From: Tubiluchus corallicola
Taxonomy: Eukaryota; Animalia; Priapulida
NCBI GenBank assembly: GCA_030141605.1
Contig: JAQGDQ010001150.1
Coordinates: 1-59,350, forward strand
Direction: 5' to 3'
DNA length: 59,350 nucleotides
Below are positions 39,290-52,900 of this stretch, piece by piece. Position numbers and translations under genes: made by a program. The first letter of the stretch is position 1. Each line of letters starts with the position of its first letter. The notes under the pieces are model-generated. The model saw nothing but the letters and a program-made list of their open reading frames with translations, made no database searches and was not told where the DNA came from.

Positions 39290-39790
39290 TGCTGGTAATG
39301 ATTGAATAGCCCATTCACGGGTGGGTGTAATAGTCATATTTAGATTTCACGGGAGGGCCATTAGTGCTCGCTACGGGCATTTTCCCGGACCTCCCAAAAC
39401 TCTCAATTTTTTCGACATTTTGGCCAAATGGCCTGTAGTAAACATGTTCTGGCGGCATGCAGTGGGACTCTTGGAAGGAGACATGTAGCTCTTTAGAAAG
39501 AGGAAGAACAGGGCTACACGATGGTGTAAGCTGCATTTTAGGACGCTTCCTTCCTGAGGAGCTGTGATGAGTTGATTGGAGGTTCCATTTTGCACGATTT
39601 TCGCTTGAAAAACTGCTGACGCAAAGCCATTGTTCTGACGTCATCCATTGTACTTTGCTTATAACCTTATAGCTTTAATTCAGTAAAAGCTGCTACTTGC
39701 TTTGCATTATAAATGAGGACTATGTAAGGTGTTTGCGCATTTTTGATTATAAGTGAATTTATACGCAAAATTTTTTGCGGGGCCTTTGCT
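39290..39790. mobile_element. Dispersed repeat; inverted diverged copy about 49222-49735
   Basis: Shared segments such as cgcaaagccattgttctgacgtcatccatt in opposite orientation. Confidence 0.6.
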
Positions 39791-40553
39791 ACGTATTATT
39801 ATTAACGGTGTATTTCTAATTAGCTTTACCAATCATGCAGTCGTATCTTACATATGCACTGATGTCGAGCAACTTATGGCAGCTGAGTTAGTGAATATTC
39901 ATTATATGTTTATTATGTGTTTATATGTTCATTATATGTTTATTGTATTATAATGAGTTTCAGTGACAGTTCTTTGTGTCACGTTGTGTTGATTAGCTAA
40001 AAGAATTCCGCATAACAATTTGTTGTAACGATATAAAAATGCTTTAGTACAAATTAATTTTAAATAGATTTGTTTCATTATTTATGGCAAGTGTGTCGTT
40101 AACTATTAGTATTATTAATCTTTATTATATTAAATTGTTAACTTATGTTTAACTGTTATGGTACACTGTTATCAGTGGTGGCTCGTGTATAGGTACTGTG
40201 TGGAACTGCAGCACTCCCTATTTTCACTCGATATTATCGATAATATTCAATATAATGAGTCTTTTTTCTTTAGTTCTTTCTTTATACTTGTATGGAACCA
40301 GAGCACGTGAGGGTAGTACTGTTTGCTTCATAGCCCAGCACATGTCTGAGATAAGACACTGCTATGCTGCACTGCTAGCATCTACTGCTAGGTAGAGAAA
40401 GTACTGTCGCTCACACAGTTTGTTGTCAGTTAGTTGTCACATGCTTAAAATGCGATGTTAGTAAAGTAACACATCTACAGACATTCAACTTTATTATGAC
40501 CACACATTGTAGTTTCCTTGTAATTATATTACAGTATACAGTGTTGTAAGGAG

Positions 40554-40955
40554 CTATAATAGATATCTTAAAATATAATCTTTAAATGAGTTCTTAATCT
40601 TTAATTTTACATTTTCGTTTAGATCTACAGTAGAACCATATTTAAATCTTAAATTTACTTGACTGTTATTTACATAATAGCAAAGCTTTGGAATTCTCAA
40701 TGTGCAAGACTTTACAATTTTTCTCACAAAGTTTAATTTTCGACTATCTATTAAATAATTCGCAGGCATTGAACCACAAAAATACATTAACAATTTGACG
40801 CTTTCATTTTGTCTAAAACTGAATATTTTTCTATAAGCAGTGTTCCATTTTACCCTAATGGCATTAACTTCATTGTTTGATATACCCCCAATTTCGCATC
40901 CGTATAACAAAATGGGTAGACAATATGTATTGATCAGAGTTTTAGCTACTATGTC
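40554..40955 (-). mobile_element. 5'-truncated non-LTR retrotransposon (LINE) ORF2 C-terminal fragment
   Basis: YCLPILLYGCE...WNTAYRKIF...ESVK pattern typical of the post-RT region of LINEs (RTE-X/L2-like). Confidence 0.65.
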
Positions 40956-41231
40956 ATTACGCTGATCCTAGTGACCCTTGGTATTATTAAGCCAAGATAT
41001 ATTGCTTTCATGAGCGTACAAGGCACCATGGAATAGTTGAGCAAACCAACAGAAATTTGTGTTAAAGCAACACACACAAACATCGACTGACAGTGAATAG
41101 CAGCAAACATCACGGACTGCAGTTATCTGCAAACTTATGTGTGCATAAGTTACTGTTATCAATTTCTTTTCTACTGGTATGTTTATTCATTACATATTTG
41201 GCTTTTGTAAACACATAATTAGTGTCTACAG

Positions 41232-41636
41232 TAGGGGTGAGCATCGAACGTTCGAGTTCGAACATTCAAATCGAATTCGATTCGAACGAGCTTTTTAGTA
41301 TTCGAAATCGGATCCAAAACTATAGATTCAAATAACTCAACACTTCAATCACACATGTTCTTTATCACTAAAACGATTGAAACATCATGCAATTAGCATA
41401 ATTTAGCTGTGATTTCTGCACACAACTTTAAACAAATTATTAGTCGTTTTATTGCAGAACTAGTGATACGCATGATCTTTGTAAGACTAATTTTTACTGG
41501 TGGTTCGAAAACTTGTTCGAAAATCTTTCAATCTCAATTCGAATTCGAAACGCTGAAGTTCGGTTCGATTCGAATTCGAAAGTCACAAATTCGGTTCGAT
41601 TCGAATTCACTTTCTGGTAGAGAATGCTCACCCCTA
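41232..41636. mobile_element. hAT-like MITE rich in TTCGAA motifs
   Basis: TIRs TAGGGGTGAGCAT/ATGCTCACCCCTA with perfect 8-bp TSD gtctacag; fragments near 32820-32905 and 51447-51560. Confidence 0.88.
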
Positions 41637-42097
41637 GTCTACAGTAGGTATTCTAAACAAACAAAGAAAACTGCCTGGCCAAATGATTTCAAATGTAGCC
41701 GTAAAGACAAATCTTAAGCGAAGGGAGAAATCTTGAGAGGGAAATCTAATCGTAGATATTTAATGTCTAAAATTGCAGATTTTATTTAGTTTCTGTTTAG
41801 GCAAAACACGAAATTTGCGTTTTCATAAGATTCCCACACTAGAGATGGGCGGATGGTAGATTTGCGATCATGCGGTTGCAAAATCCGCATAAATTTTCTG
41901 GATTGGGAATAGTAACAGTTTGCGGATTGAGGATGGTAAATTTTGCGGATGGTAAAATTTTGCAAATTTGCGCATTGCGGATGCTGAAATTTTTTGCTTT
42001 TGCGGATAGTAAGATTGTGCGGACCACGGACATTTAATGTCTAAAATTGCAGATTTGTAATTGTACAAAAGTCACTTATGTAAACCGCTAGGCGAAA

Positions 42098-42415
42098 AAC
42101 TTATTTTATTTGTCAACAGATGTGACTATTTGCAATGCTGGTGTCGCCATCTACCAAAACTATTACAAACTAACAAGAGGCTAGTGAAGCGGTATAAAGA
42201 AGACTGACTGTAACTTATTTTATTTGTCAATAGATGTCACTATTTGCAATGCTGGTGTCGCCATCTACCAAAACTATTACAAACTAACAAGAGGCTAGTG
42301 AAGCGGTATAAAGATTGACTGTAACTTATTTTATTTGTCAATAGATGTCACTATTTGCAATGCTGGTGTCGCCATCTACCAAGACTATTACAAAATAACA
42401 AGAGGCTAGTGAAGC
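42098..42415. repeat. Tandem repeat, ~113-bp unit, 3 copies
   Basis: aacttattttatttgtcaa recurs three times. Confidence 0.85.
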
Positions 42416-43905
42416 GTTTCAGCATAGTTCTAGTTCCGCACGGTTCGGACTTGTAAAATGACCTCTGGCCGGTCTGTTTGCACACACGTATTTACCAACG
42501 TGCCGTCCAATGATCACAGAGTGACTTGACATAGTGATGTGTGTACACAGCCCAACACCTGTAAGAACTACAGCTTGTAGAAGGTAAGCAACTAGCTTTT
42601 ACTGTAATTAGAAGAAAATGATGCTAGAGCACGTTAGACTGATGATGCGAAAGTTACCATGGATACACACGATCCTCTTCACCAAATCGGCGAGCAAACT
42701 GACATCAATAAAGAGTGCCAATTTGCCAGATCAGAAACACGTATTTTGTTCACTTTGTGCGCGTAAATTTTTTTCTTTTCCACCAATCTACAATTACTAT
42801 TACTCTTTACCCATCTTTCGTTACACTTTTAACTGCAAGAGCTCTGTGATATCCGGTCAAACTTTTCTTAATTTATCTATTTTTTTATTTTTGTTGTTTA
42901 TTTTGCTTATTTATTTCACGTCAACACAAACACACAATTAATACATTAAAAGAAAGAAAAAGTTATCAATAATTCAATGAATAACAAACAGTAAGATACA
43001 TAATAGGAAGCAAATTTTGGAAAAAAATATTTATCAATTATGCATATTAAAGGAAAAAGGGGGGATTTGAAAGTACATACCAAAGTACTTTCCGTACAAA
43101 CTTATATTACCTAGCAACACGCTTATTTGTTTGAAAGATTTACGTAATTGGAAAAGAAAATTCTTAATAGTTTAAAATGTTTGCACAACCGGTAAAACAG
43201 CACTCCATCGCCATCCCAGAGTGCACCACTGAGTCACCAGATTCACCAGAAAACACATTATTGATCCTACTGACAAGATAAAGTAATTTAATATATTGCT
43301 TGCTTAGCGAAGGGTGCGCTACGAATGCTTTGATTATTTTTTCAAACTTTACATAATGTTATTTAAACTTGTTTCAAACGACTTGACTCCAAAATGGCTG
43401 CATCTAACGATCATCGCAGGAGTTTAAGTTTACAGGTTTTATACAGCGTTACTGCTAGCGCTAGCTCTGCATGCAATAAGACAGCATGTAAGTGATGCAA
43501 AATTTCAAGATGAAGTTTTGCCTTATGAAGACTTAACTTAACTTAAGAGTACTCGCTTTGCTGTTGCTTCTCAGACATTTGTCCTGCACTTTCACAGATA
43601 CTTATAAATCCAATTTGTTCCTTCGGGCCTCTTATATGTGGAATTCTGTAGCGGGAAATTGTTTCACTGCTACTTGCAACCTCAAGTGCATCAAGAAAAG
43701 CATCAACACATACATCCTATCACTAACAGGTGAATGCTTCTTTTTTCTTCGCTTGCATTCTCCTCTTTTCCTGCGTTCCTTTACCTCATCGTTATCGGCT
43801 TTCTTTGGGATGACTTATCCAAAGAATGCTCCTTCAATGTCCAACGACGCAAACGACATTAATTAGTGTTTTTTTACGTACTCACTGGATAAAATTTCAG
43901 AAAAA

Positions 43906-46900
43906 ATGGACAAAAGAACAGTCGCAATAGGCGTAGGACTAACAGCAGCGGTGGGCGTCGGCACGTATGGCTTCATCAAGCTGAGACAATGGAAAAACAG
44001 ATATGCTCATCTGGTGTTGAAGCACAGGCTACCTGGGACGTCTAGTTATTACTATGAAGTACCTGGCACAGGTAAATGATGTTGATGATGCGCTGTTGAT
44101 TGCTGATGATGCATGCGATCCGACGGTAGGGGCCTGCTGAAATCCTGGGGATCCGATGGTAGGGGCCTGCTGAAACCATGGGATCCGATGGTAGGGGCCT
44201 GCTGAAATCATGGGGATCTGATGGTAGGGGCCTGCTGAAATCATGGGGATCTGATGGTAGGGGCCTGCTGAAACCATGGGATCTGATGGTAGGGGCCTGC
44301 TGAAATCATGGGGATGCGATGGTAAGGGCCTGCTGAAATCATGGGGATCTGATGGTAGGGGCCTGCTGAAATCATGGGGATCTGATGGTAGGGGCCTGCT
44401 GAAACCATGGGATCTGATGGTAGGGGCCTGCTGAAATCATGGGGATCTGATGGTAGGGGCCTGCTGAAATCCTGGGGATCCGATGGTAGGGGCCTGCTGA
44501 AATCATGGGGATCTGATGGTAGGGGCCTGCTGAAATCATGGGGATCCGATGGTAGGGGCCTGCTGAAATCATGGGGATCCGATGGTAGGGGCCTGCTGAA
44601 ATCATGGGGATCTGATGGTAGGGGCCTGCTGAAATCATGGGGATCCGATGGTAGGGGCCTGCTGAAATCATGGGGATCCGATGGTAGGGGCCTGCTGAAA
44701 TCATGGGGATCCGATGGTAGGGGCCTGCTGAAATCATGGGGATCTGATGGTAGGGGCCTGCTGAAATCATGGGGATCTGATGGTAGGGGCCTGCTGAAAT
44801 CATGGGGATCCGAGGCAGGGGCCTGCTGAAATCATGGGATCTGATGGTAGGGGCCTGCTGAAATCATGGGGACCCGATGGCGGGGGCCTGCTGAAATCAT
44901 GGGGATCCGATGGTAGGGGCCTGCTGAAACCATGGGATCCGATGGTAGGGGCCTGCTGAAATCATGGGGATCCGAGGCAGGGGCCTGCTGAAATCATGGG
45001 GACCCGATGGCGGGGGCCTGCTGAAATCATGGGGATCCGAGGCAGGGGCCTGCTGAAATCATGGGGACCCGATGGCGGGAGCCTGCTGAAATCATGGGGA
45101 TCCGAGGCAGGGGCCTGCTGAAATCATGGGGACCCGATGGCGGGGGCCTGTTGAAATCATGGGGATCCGAGGCAGGGGCCTGCTGAAATCATGGGGACCC
45201 GATGGCGGGGGCCTGCTGAAATCATGGGGATCCGAGGCAGGGGCCTGCTGAAATCATGGGGACCCGATGGCGGGGGCCTGATGAAATCCTGGGGATGCGA
45301 TGACAGGGGCCTGCTGAAATCATTGGGATCCGGAGGCAGGGGCCTGCTGAAATCATGGGGACCCGATGGCGGGGGCCTGCTGAAATCATGGGGATCCGAG
45401 GCAGGGGCCTGCTGAAATCATGGGGACCCGATGGCGGGGGCCTGATGAAATCCTGGGGATGCGATGACAGGGGCCTGCTGAAATCCTTGATAAAAGACAC
45501 TGCAGAAAGATGAGTATACAAGGTGGTACGTAGTGTTTTGCTAAGGGTACAGGAACAACGAGTATTCACGCAGAAAAATTTCTAGTATCATTTTTAGAAC
45601 GTGCAGGTTTTGCACACAGCTGTTAAACAACTTCTAAAGTTTCTAGGTTACAAGTTCATACTTGACACTTGATGAAAAATGATCTCATTGATGGGGAAAA
45701 TGTACAGGAGAAACAAGAACAAAATTCTTTCGAAACTAAAGTAGAAAGGGCACTAGAGTTTGCTGAGTTTAGAGGACAAAAAGGGGGCGCCTGAAGTAGG
45801 TTTCAGAAAAATCGCCTTAAAAATTATATTACTTTATAGCAATTTCATGCGTACATCGTACTCACACTGATAGGAATTTTAGTTTGTTTTCATTTTAAAT
45901 CTCCTGCAATACTGTTCCGACGGCGCCATTACATGACGTCATGTACCAAACGTAAATCAAGGGAAGAAAAGGAAATGTTAAAAGTATGTCCCAAAAGACT
46001 TTCCGTGCAAATCTATATTACTTAGATTTTCGCTTACCTACTAGAAAGACTTATGTAACTAGAAAAGAAATTATTTAAAAGAAAATTATTAATTATTTAA
46101 AGTGTTTTCACCAATTGCTAAAATGTCGCTGACTCACCCTCCAGGGTGCACCACTCACTAACCAAAAAACATATTTTTAATCTTATTGACAAGATGCAGT
46201 AATTTTAAATTTTATTTAGTTAGTGACGTGTGCGCAACGAATGCTCTGATTATTTTTACAAACTTTACAAAATGTAATCTAAACTTGTTTCAAATGACCT
46301 GTCGTGAAAATGGCTGCGCCTAACGGTCAACGCGGGAGTTTAAATTTACATGTTTTATACAGCGTTACTGCCGACGCAAGCCCTGTATGCAAAAAGGCTG
46401 TATGTAAGTGATATAAAATTTCATATACGAATATTTCAAGCTTTATGTTTATGAAGGGTTCTCTTGTGCTTAAATTCACCTGCAGGAAACCATTATTTCA
46501 GATTACTGGATGTTTGCGTCGTACTTTGACAACAAGGAAAAAATGGACAATTTAGACGTTTATGAAGACGACGTGTGGGTAGTCACGTACCCCAAGGCAG
46601 GTACCGACTTTTTCTCTCTCAAGCATCGAGTCTCGGCATTTTTGTGTCCAAACGTTGGTGTGAAAGTGATGTATGAGGTTGTAGTTCTACAACACGTTGT
46701 AGAACAAGAATAAAACACTGTACTACATATCTGCACAAAACTGAAAACGTTTATTACACTACATACACATATGTAGAATGACTGCTACACTGAACACTGA
46801 GGACAAGAGTGTCCTGCACTGATCACTGAGAGTTAGACAGTAAGTGACATGAGTATCACAAACTAGCATGACTTCTGCGCTGCATTGAGAGTGAGACAGA

Positions 46901-49900
46901 GAGTCACATGAGTAGCACAACTGCACTGCACTGAGAGTGTGAGTTAGACAGGTGTGTAGCACGACTAGCACGACTTCTGCACTGCATTGAGAGTGAGACA
47001 GAGAGTCACATAAGTAGCACGACTGCACTGCACTGAGAACGTGACAGAGAGTGGTTAGAAGTAGAATCCAGTCAGTATATATAGGTAGAGGTAATTATGC
47101 AAACTTGGCTTCACAAATACCATTACAGTAAAATAGGGAGAGATCCAGTGAGTATGCATATTCACTGGACCGTACAATTATACTAGGGGTGAGTTTGGCT
47201 AGTAAAATCTAAAGTGATTAGTCAATAGATGGCAGCACCTAAAAATATACAGTTACAACTTGTACAGTTGGCTTTGGAATGCCAATTCGAAGAAAACTCG
47301 TAATTGCGAAGGTGATATAAAAGAAACCGCACAAAATTTCATTCCAGGTACGACGTGGACGGAGGAGATAGTGTGGTTGGTTTGCAACGACGCCGGGACG
47401 GAGGATGCCAAGAAGACGGCGCTAATCGACCGCTTCCGGTTCGTGGATGCGCCGTACAGAGACAACACAAAACTCGTGAAGAGCATGCCTAGGCCGAGGT
47501 TCATTAAAGCTCATTTACCGATTGGTCTGTTGCCGAAGCAGTTGATGAAGGTGAAGCCAAAGGTATGCCAAGTGAAGCCAAGTGAAACTGCTTTTCTGGC
47601 AAAATGAAGCCAGTTACGAAAAACAAGAAGAAAATCCATATTAACGTCAAACTAACTCTCACCATAATATAAGCTTTTATAACTTAAAATCCTACTATCG
47701 TTACGAATATTTAATGTATTTTATTATAAACTTACTGTAAAACTTGTTTCTTTTAACTTTATCACTTCGTTGTTAGCGGTATTAAATTTGAAGAACCGCC
47801 ATTTTTCGTTGCGCGCGACGAATGACGTCATGAGTGCAGTCAAGAGGGCGTCAAAGATCGGTAAACAAACATCGGTAACCAAGGACGCTTTCTGTACCTC
47901 GTACGTCATTCTCGCTCACTCGCGCCAGAGATTGTGAAATTTGGTCAGAGATTAGAGGATAAACGCAAACTTTTCGCCTTGGTGCGAAACATGGCGACCT
48001 TTACGGCAATGCACGCGTTTGAAATTCGCCCAAAAAAGGCAAGTTATTTAATTTATGAGTTTCTTTTGTTTAATAATAACTATGAATTCTTTGTGTAATC
48101 ATAATAATGTGTTAAAAAAGAACTTCATTGTCTGTTGGGTTTGTATAGACCAGGGGTGTGCAAATTGCGGCCCGCCGAGAGAATTTGTGCGCGAAGAAGT
48201 TTGTCAACCTAATGAAAGTGCGGCCCGGGCGATTAATTGAGTGTATCCAGCTGAAGTCCGTGCCACGATCCCAAAGATAGTGCGGGTAGTTTTTTCTACT
48301 AGATCGGATGCCATTAACCCTCACAAGACGGTTGTAGCTTAATGTCACTGTACTACACAGACTGTGTGATACACATTACTAATATGCATTGTATGGAAAT
48401 TACCACTATCTGTCCTGAAAGTAGAAATATATGGTTTGTAATATAAATTTTAATAACTTCTAAAATAGTTTCTTGAGTGCAGTAGCAATGATGTACGCAG
48501 GTCGGATGCAAAAAAATCGTTATTAGGCCTTACTGTACTTGGCTCCTTGATCAAACTGCCTGTGGCCCGCATGAATTGCGGGAAAGTTTAATGTGGCCCG
48601 GCTAGTAAGATAATTTGCACACCCCTGTCCTGTAGCCATTAAGGTTACTAAGCGTCTAAATGGATAACTCAGCGTATCATTTTGTAACGTTGGTAATGTA
48701 CACGTATGAGTTGATCCCACTGAGAGGGGCATTATTTGCCAGTACCTCTTTTTAGGTTGCGGTCACATGGCCTCTATATACTCTCATACTCATCATCTTA
48801 CTGCCGTTGTGGTTGAACCGCACTTGAAAAAAGTTACTTACAAACTTCATGCACTGTATTTGTATTGTCTCTGTAACCATCTAGACTTTTTGTATCAGTT
48901 CCGCTGTTTTGTCCAAAGGTTGTAAAATAAATATGTTTAAACCGACGTACAGCACAACCACACTTCTTTGTTTTCAACAACTACTTTCTTTGTCTCCTTT
49001 TCAGTTTATTTAAAAGTTCATGCAACAGGTCATCTACAGGTCATCTAATTTTTCAGGTCATCTACACGAGTCGCAATCCAAAGGACACTCTGGTTTCGTT
49101 TTACCATTTTATCAGAATGTTTTCGTCTACAAATAAGAACGAGTTGACGTTGCCGGCATTTTTTCAACAGCAGGTCGACCTAGGTACGATTTTGTACATT
49201 TATCCGCACGTTCGAATTTGGGGTGGAAAGGCCCGCAAAAAATTTTGCTTATAAATCCACTTGCAATCAACAAAGCGCGAACATCCTACCTAGTGTTCGT
49301 TTATTTACCTATCGCAAAGTCAGCAGCAGCAGCTTTTACTGAATTAAAGTTATAAGCTTATAGACAGAGTATAATGGATGACGTCAGAACAATGGCTTTG
49401 CGTCAGCAGTTTTCCAAGCGAAAATTGCCAAAAATAGAACATCTAATTAACTCGTCTTCACTCCTCTTGGTGGACACGTACAAAAATATAGCCCACATCA
49501 TCATGTAGCCCTGTTCTTGCTCTTTCTAAAGAGCCATATATCTCCTTCCAAGAGTCACACTAAGCGCCGCTAGAACGTTTTTTCCGCATGCTGTTTGGTC
49601 AAAATTTCGAAAAAATCGCGAGTTGGGTCTGGGAAAACGCCCGTTACGGGACGCCGTGACCTTCTCGCGAATTCTAAATATGCCTACTACACCCACCGCT
49701 GAATGGGCTATCTATCCATGGCCGACACCAGCCCGGGTTCGTTCCCGTTCTTCAGATATAAGAGGTATGAGTTTTGCAAAAAACGACTGAAAATGGCCAA
49801 AAATACAAAAAATGTCGCAGTCAAAACTAACCTTGACACACTCTTGAAAAGATATAAAGATCTCATATTTGAACTCTACTGTATTCGTTTGTAAGTGTTT

Positions 49901-52900
49901 TCAAATTCAGCGATGGTCCGTAGCTAAAATTAGTGGTGGGGGCGCTGCTTTAGAAAATTTTTAAAACCCGCGAAACAGCAATTCCGCGATAAACGAACCG
50001 TCATTTATCTGTTAAACAAACCCAACATTGCCTAACTGTAGCCACCTAGATGGCAAAATTTGGATATTGCCGTTGCCCCAAGGAGAGTATTCTAATCTTT
50101 TTGATTCAGCAAAGACATTCATTTTGAAATAATATGACGCTACCTGTTTGCTTATATCTTTACAGCGATGCACGGAGGTTTCTGGCACCACAATCTAGAA
50201 GCGTGGAGACTAAGAAATGAACCTTTCTTCTTGTTTCTAAAATTTGAAGATATGATAACGGTATTTGCAGTTAGATCTTCGTCACAACATACAGGGTTCT
50301 CACAGAATTTAAAATAAATTTCCCGGACTTTTCCCTGACCAAATATTGATTTTCCATGACCAAGATAAGCAGAAATTGCATTACCAGTAAACGTATTCAA
50401 ACATTTTTGTGTATGGACATTCATTCATACATATACTGATATATAACGTGTCGGCACAGTTGCAGTAGTGCTAATGACATTACACTAATTATATTAAATA
50501 AACTTTCTTAATCCGATCATTATTTTTGGAACAGAAATTGAAATTGGGAGTCTGCAGTAGCAAAATCTTATTTGAACACGAATCACTGGAAAATATGTTT
50601 AAAAAAATATCGGTTCAGGGTGATTATCATTGCAACCCTTTCCAATTTCCCTGGCTTTTCCATGACTTTCCAGGATAGCCAGGATAAACGATCGTCGCTC
50701 AATAAACAAGGTGATTCCTAGAAGCTGGTTCTTTCGTGTATTTAATTTCTTGTCAGCTTATCGCAGGGGTGTGCAAACTGCGGCCCGCCGAGAGAGCTTG
50801 TGCGGCCCGCGAAGAGGTTTGTCAACGTAATGAAAGTGCGGCCCACGCGATCCAGCTGAAGTCTGCGCCACTATCGCAAAGATAGTGCGTGTAGTTTTTT
50901 CCTCTAGATCGGATGGCATTAACCCTTACAAGACGGTTGTCACTTAATGTCGCTGTCGGACACGACGAAATATACGGTTTTTAATACAAATTTTAATAAC
51001 TTCTAAAATAGTTTCTTGAGTGTAGTAGTGCAGTAGTAATGATGTGTGCAAATCGGATGCAAAAAAATCGTTATAAGGTCCCACTGTACTTGGCTCCTTG
51101 ACCAAGCTGCATGTGGCCCACAGGAATTGCGAGAATGTTTAATGTGACCCGGCTAATCAGATAATTTGCACACCCCTGGTTTATAGATTAATTGGTATTA
51201 TTAACTGGAGTGTCTTTAATTGCTGTAAATTGGCTTCTTTCAGGATTTACCGAGGGAAGTTAGAAAGGTTGCAAAGTTTCTGAACAAGTCGCTCACAGAA
51301 GAGCAAATTCAACGAATTGCAGAGCACTGCAGTTTCAAGAACATGAAAAGTAATCCGGCTACGAACTTTTCCTGGGCAAAGGACATGGGATTGTTTCATA
51401 AGGGAGGCAGCTTCATGCGTAAAGGTAACGCGTCGGCGATCGCTCGCAGGGGTTAGCGTCAAATTCGATTCGAACGAGTTTTTTCCTTGTTTGATTTCGA
51501 TTCGAACCTAAAGTTGTAGATTCGAATAATTCAGCGCTTCAATTTCACGCGTTCTTTATCTTTAAAATTAAAATGTACTAATTGTATGAGTGATTATGAC
51601 ACTTCTTATATTTGTCGCAAATAATCAAATAACCCTAATTTACCAAAAAGCCTTTCCTTGAAGTATATAACTCCAGCATTAAAATACGCGCACACAAGTT
51701 AAATCATTGTGCTATGTAGTCCTACCACTAGCGTACTGGAAATTTAGCGTACTTAGCAGCCTTCTCTTCTTGTCTGCTTTGGCCACCTTGTGGCGATTTT
51801 TAGGCCTGATCACATGGTGACACACACACACACACACACACACTAGCCTATACACTAGGACTCCAAAGTTTGAGGAAAATGTGTATACTTTTATATTCAT
51901 GTAGAGGTATACTTTTATATTCATGTAGAGGGCACATTTTATAGCACACCACAGGCAGTTACTTATCACTTCTTCTATATAAGTGCCACGAGTGCCACGT
52001 AACGAACAGGTGGAAGGTACAACTATGATCAGGCCTGATCTGATCGAGTGCACTGAATTTTGTTAACACAAGGGAGTTTATAATATTGTTGAGTTGTGTG
52101 TTTTGAAAGGTCATGATTTGGGGGAAATAACGTATATATATATATACATATTCCTTTATTATAAGGAATATATATATATATTCCTTTATTACTTTTAAAA
52201 TTACGTATTTACTCAAATTACAAATTAGTTAAAATTACTACAACGCTGTAGTGTAAAAACTGCTAAATTATGTATAATTTTTGATCTTTTGGTTATTGGT
52301 ATTTTTTGGCATAAACTTTTTATTGTTTAGATGGAATGACGTGTTTTTCAGGGATGAGAATGACAAATTGCACTAAACTCTGAAACAGGCCGGGGTTTTT
52401 GGGGCTACCTAGGCCCCCTTGGAGCCAGCAACAAATTGCAATTTTGTGATCATAGAGAGCCTCTAAGAGGGCTTAAAATATTAATTACCTTGTTTCATGC
52501 ATAATTTAAAATACCCAACTATCAAGGATACATGATACCTAATTGTCTCAAAAAGGCCTAAGTACTGGCCGCTCCTATGCAAAAGTATATAAAAACTGTC
52601 TGCAATTGACTCAAATAACTCCGCACAATTGATTCTATATTTTTATACATAGAGATGTACACGTGGTTACACTGATGTACGTGATGTAAACAAAGTTACG
52701 GCCTGCCAACTAGCGGTCAGCTTGTGAGATAATGTACTGGGTCCGTAAAAATTTTCTCAACAAATTTACGCGATTTACAAAAATGGCGCTACTGGTCTTC
52801 CAAAAACTCGGAATTCCGCGTATCCGCGGAAAATTCTCATCCTTGGTTTTTGGGAATAAAAGACAAGAAAGAGCAAAATTTATTAATCGCGTCGTACAGG

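Noticed and set aside
43540-43730. Coding ORF upstream of gene C
   Set aside because: F.RAS.MWN...FKK-like pattern suggests a decayed CR1/L2 LINE 3' end; too degenerate to call
44372-45569. ORFs with MISAGPYH or WGSDGRGLLKS repeats
   Set aside because: They come from an intronic 32-33-bp minisatellite with frame-breaking unit variants
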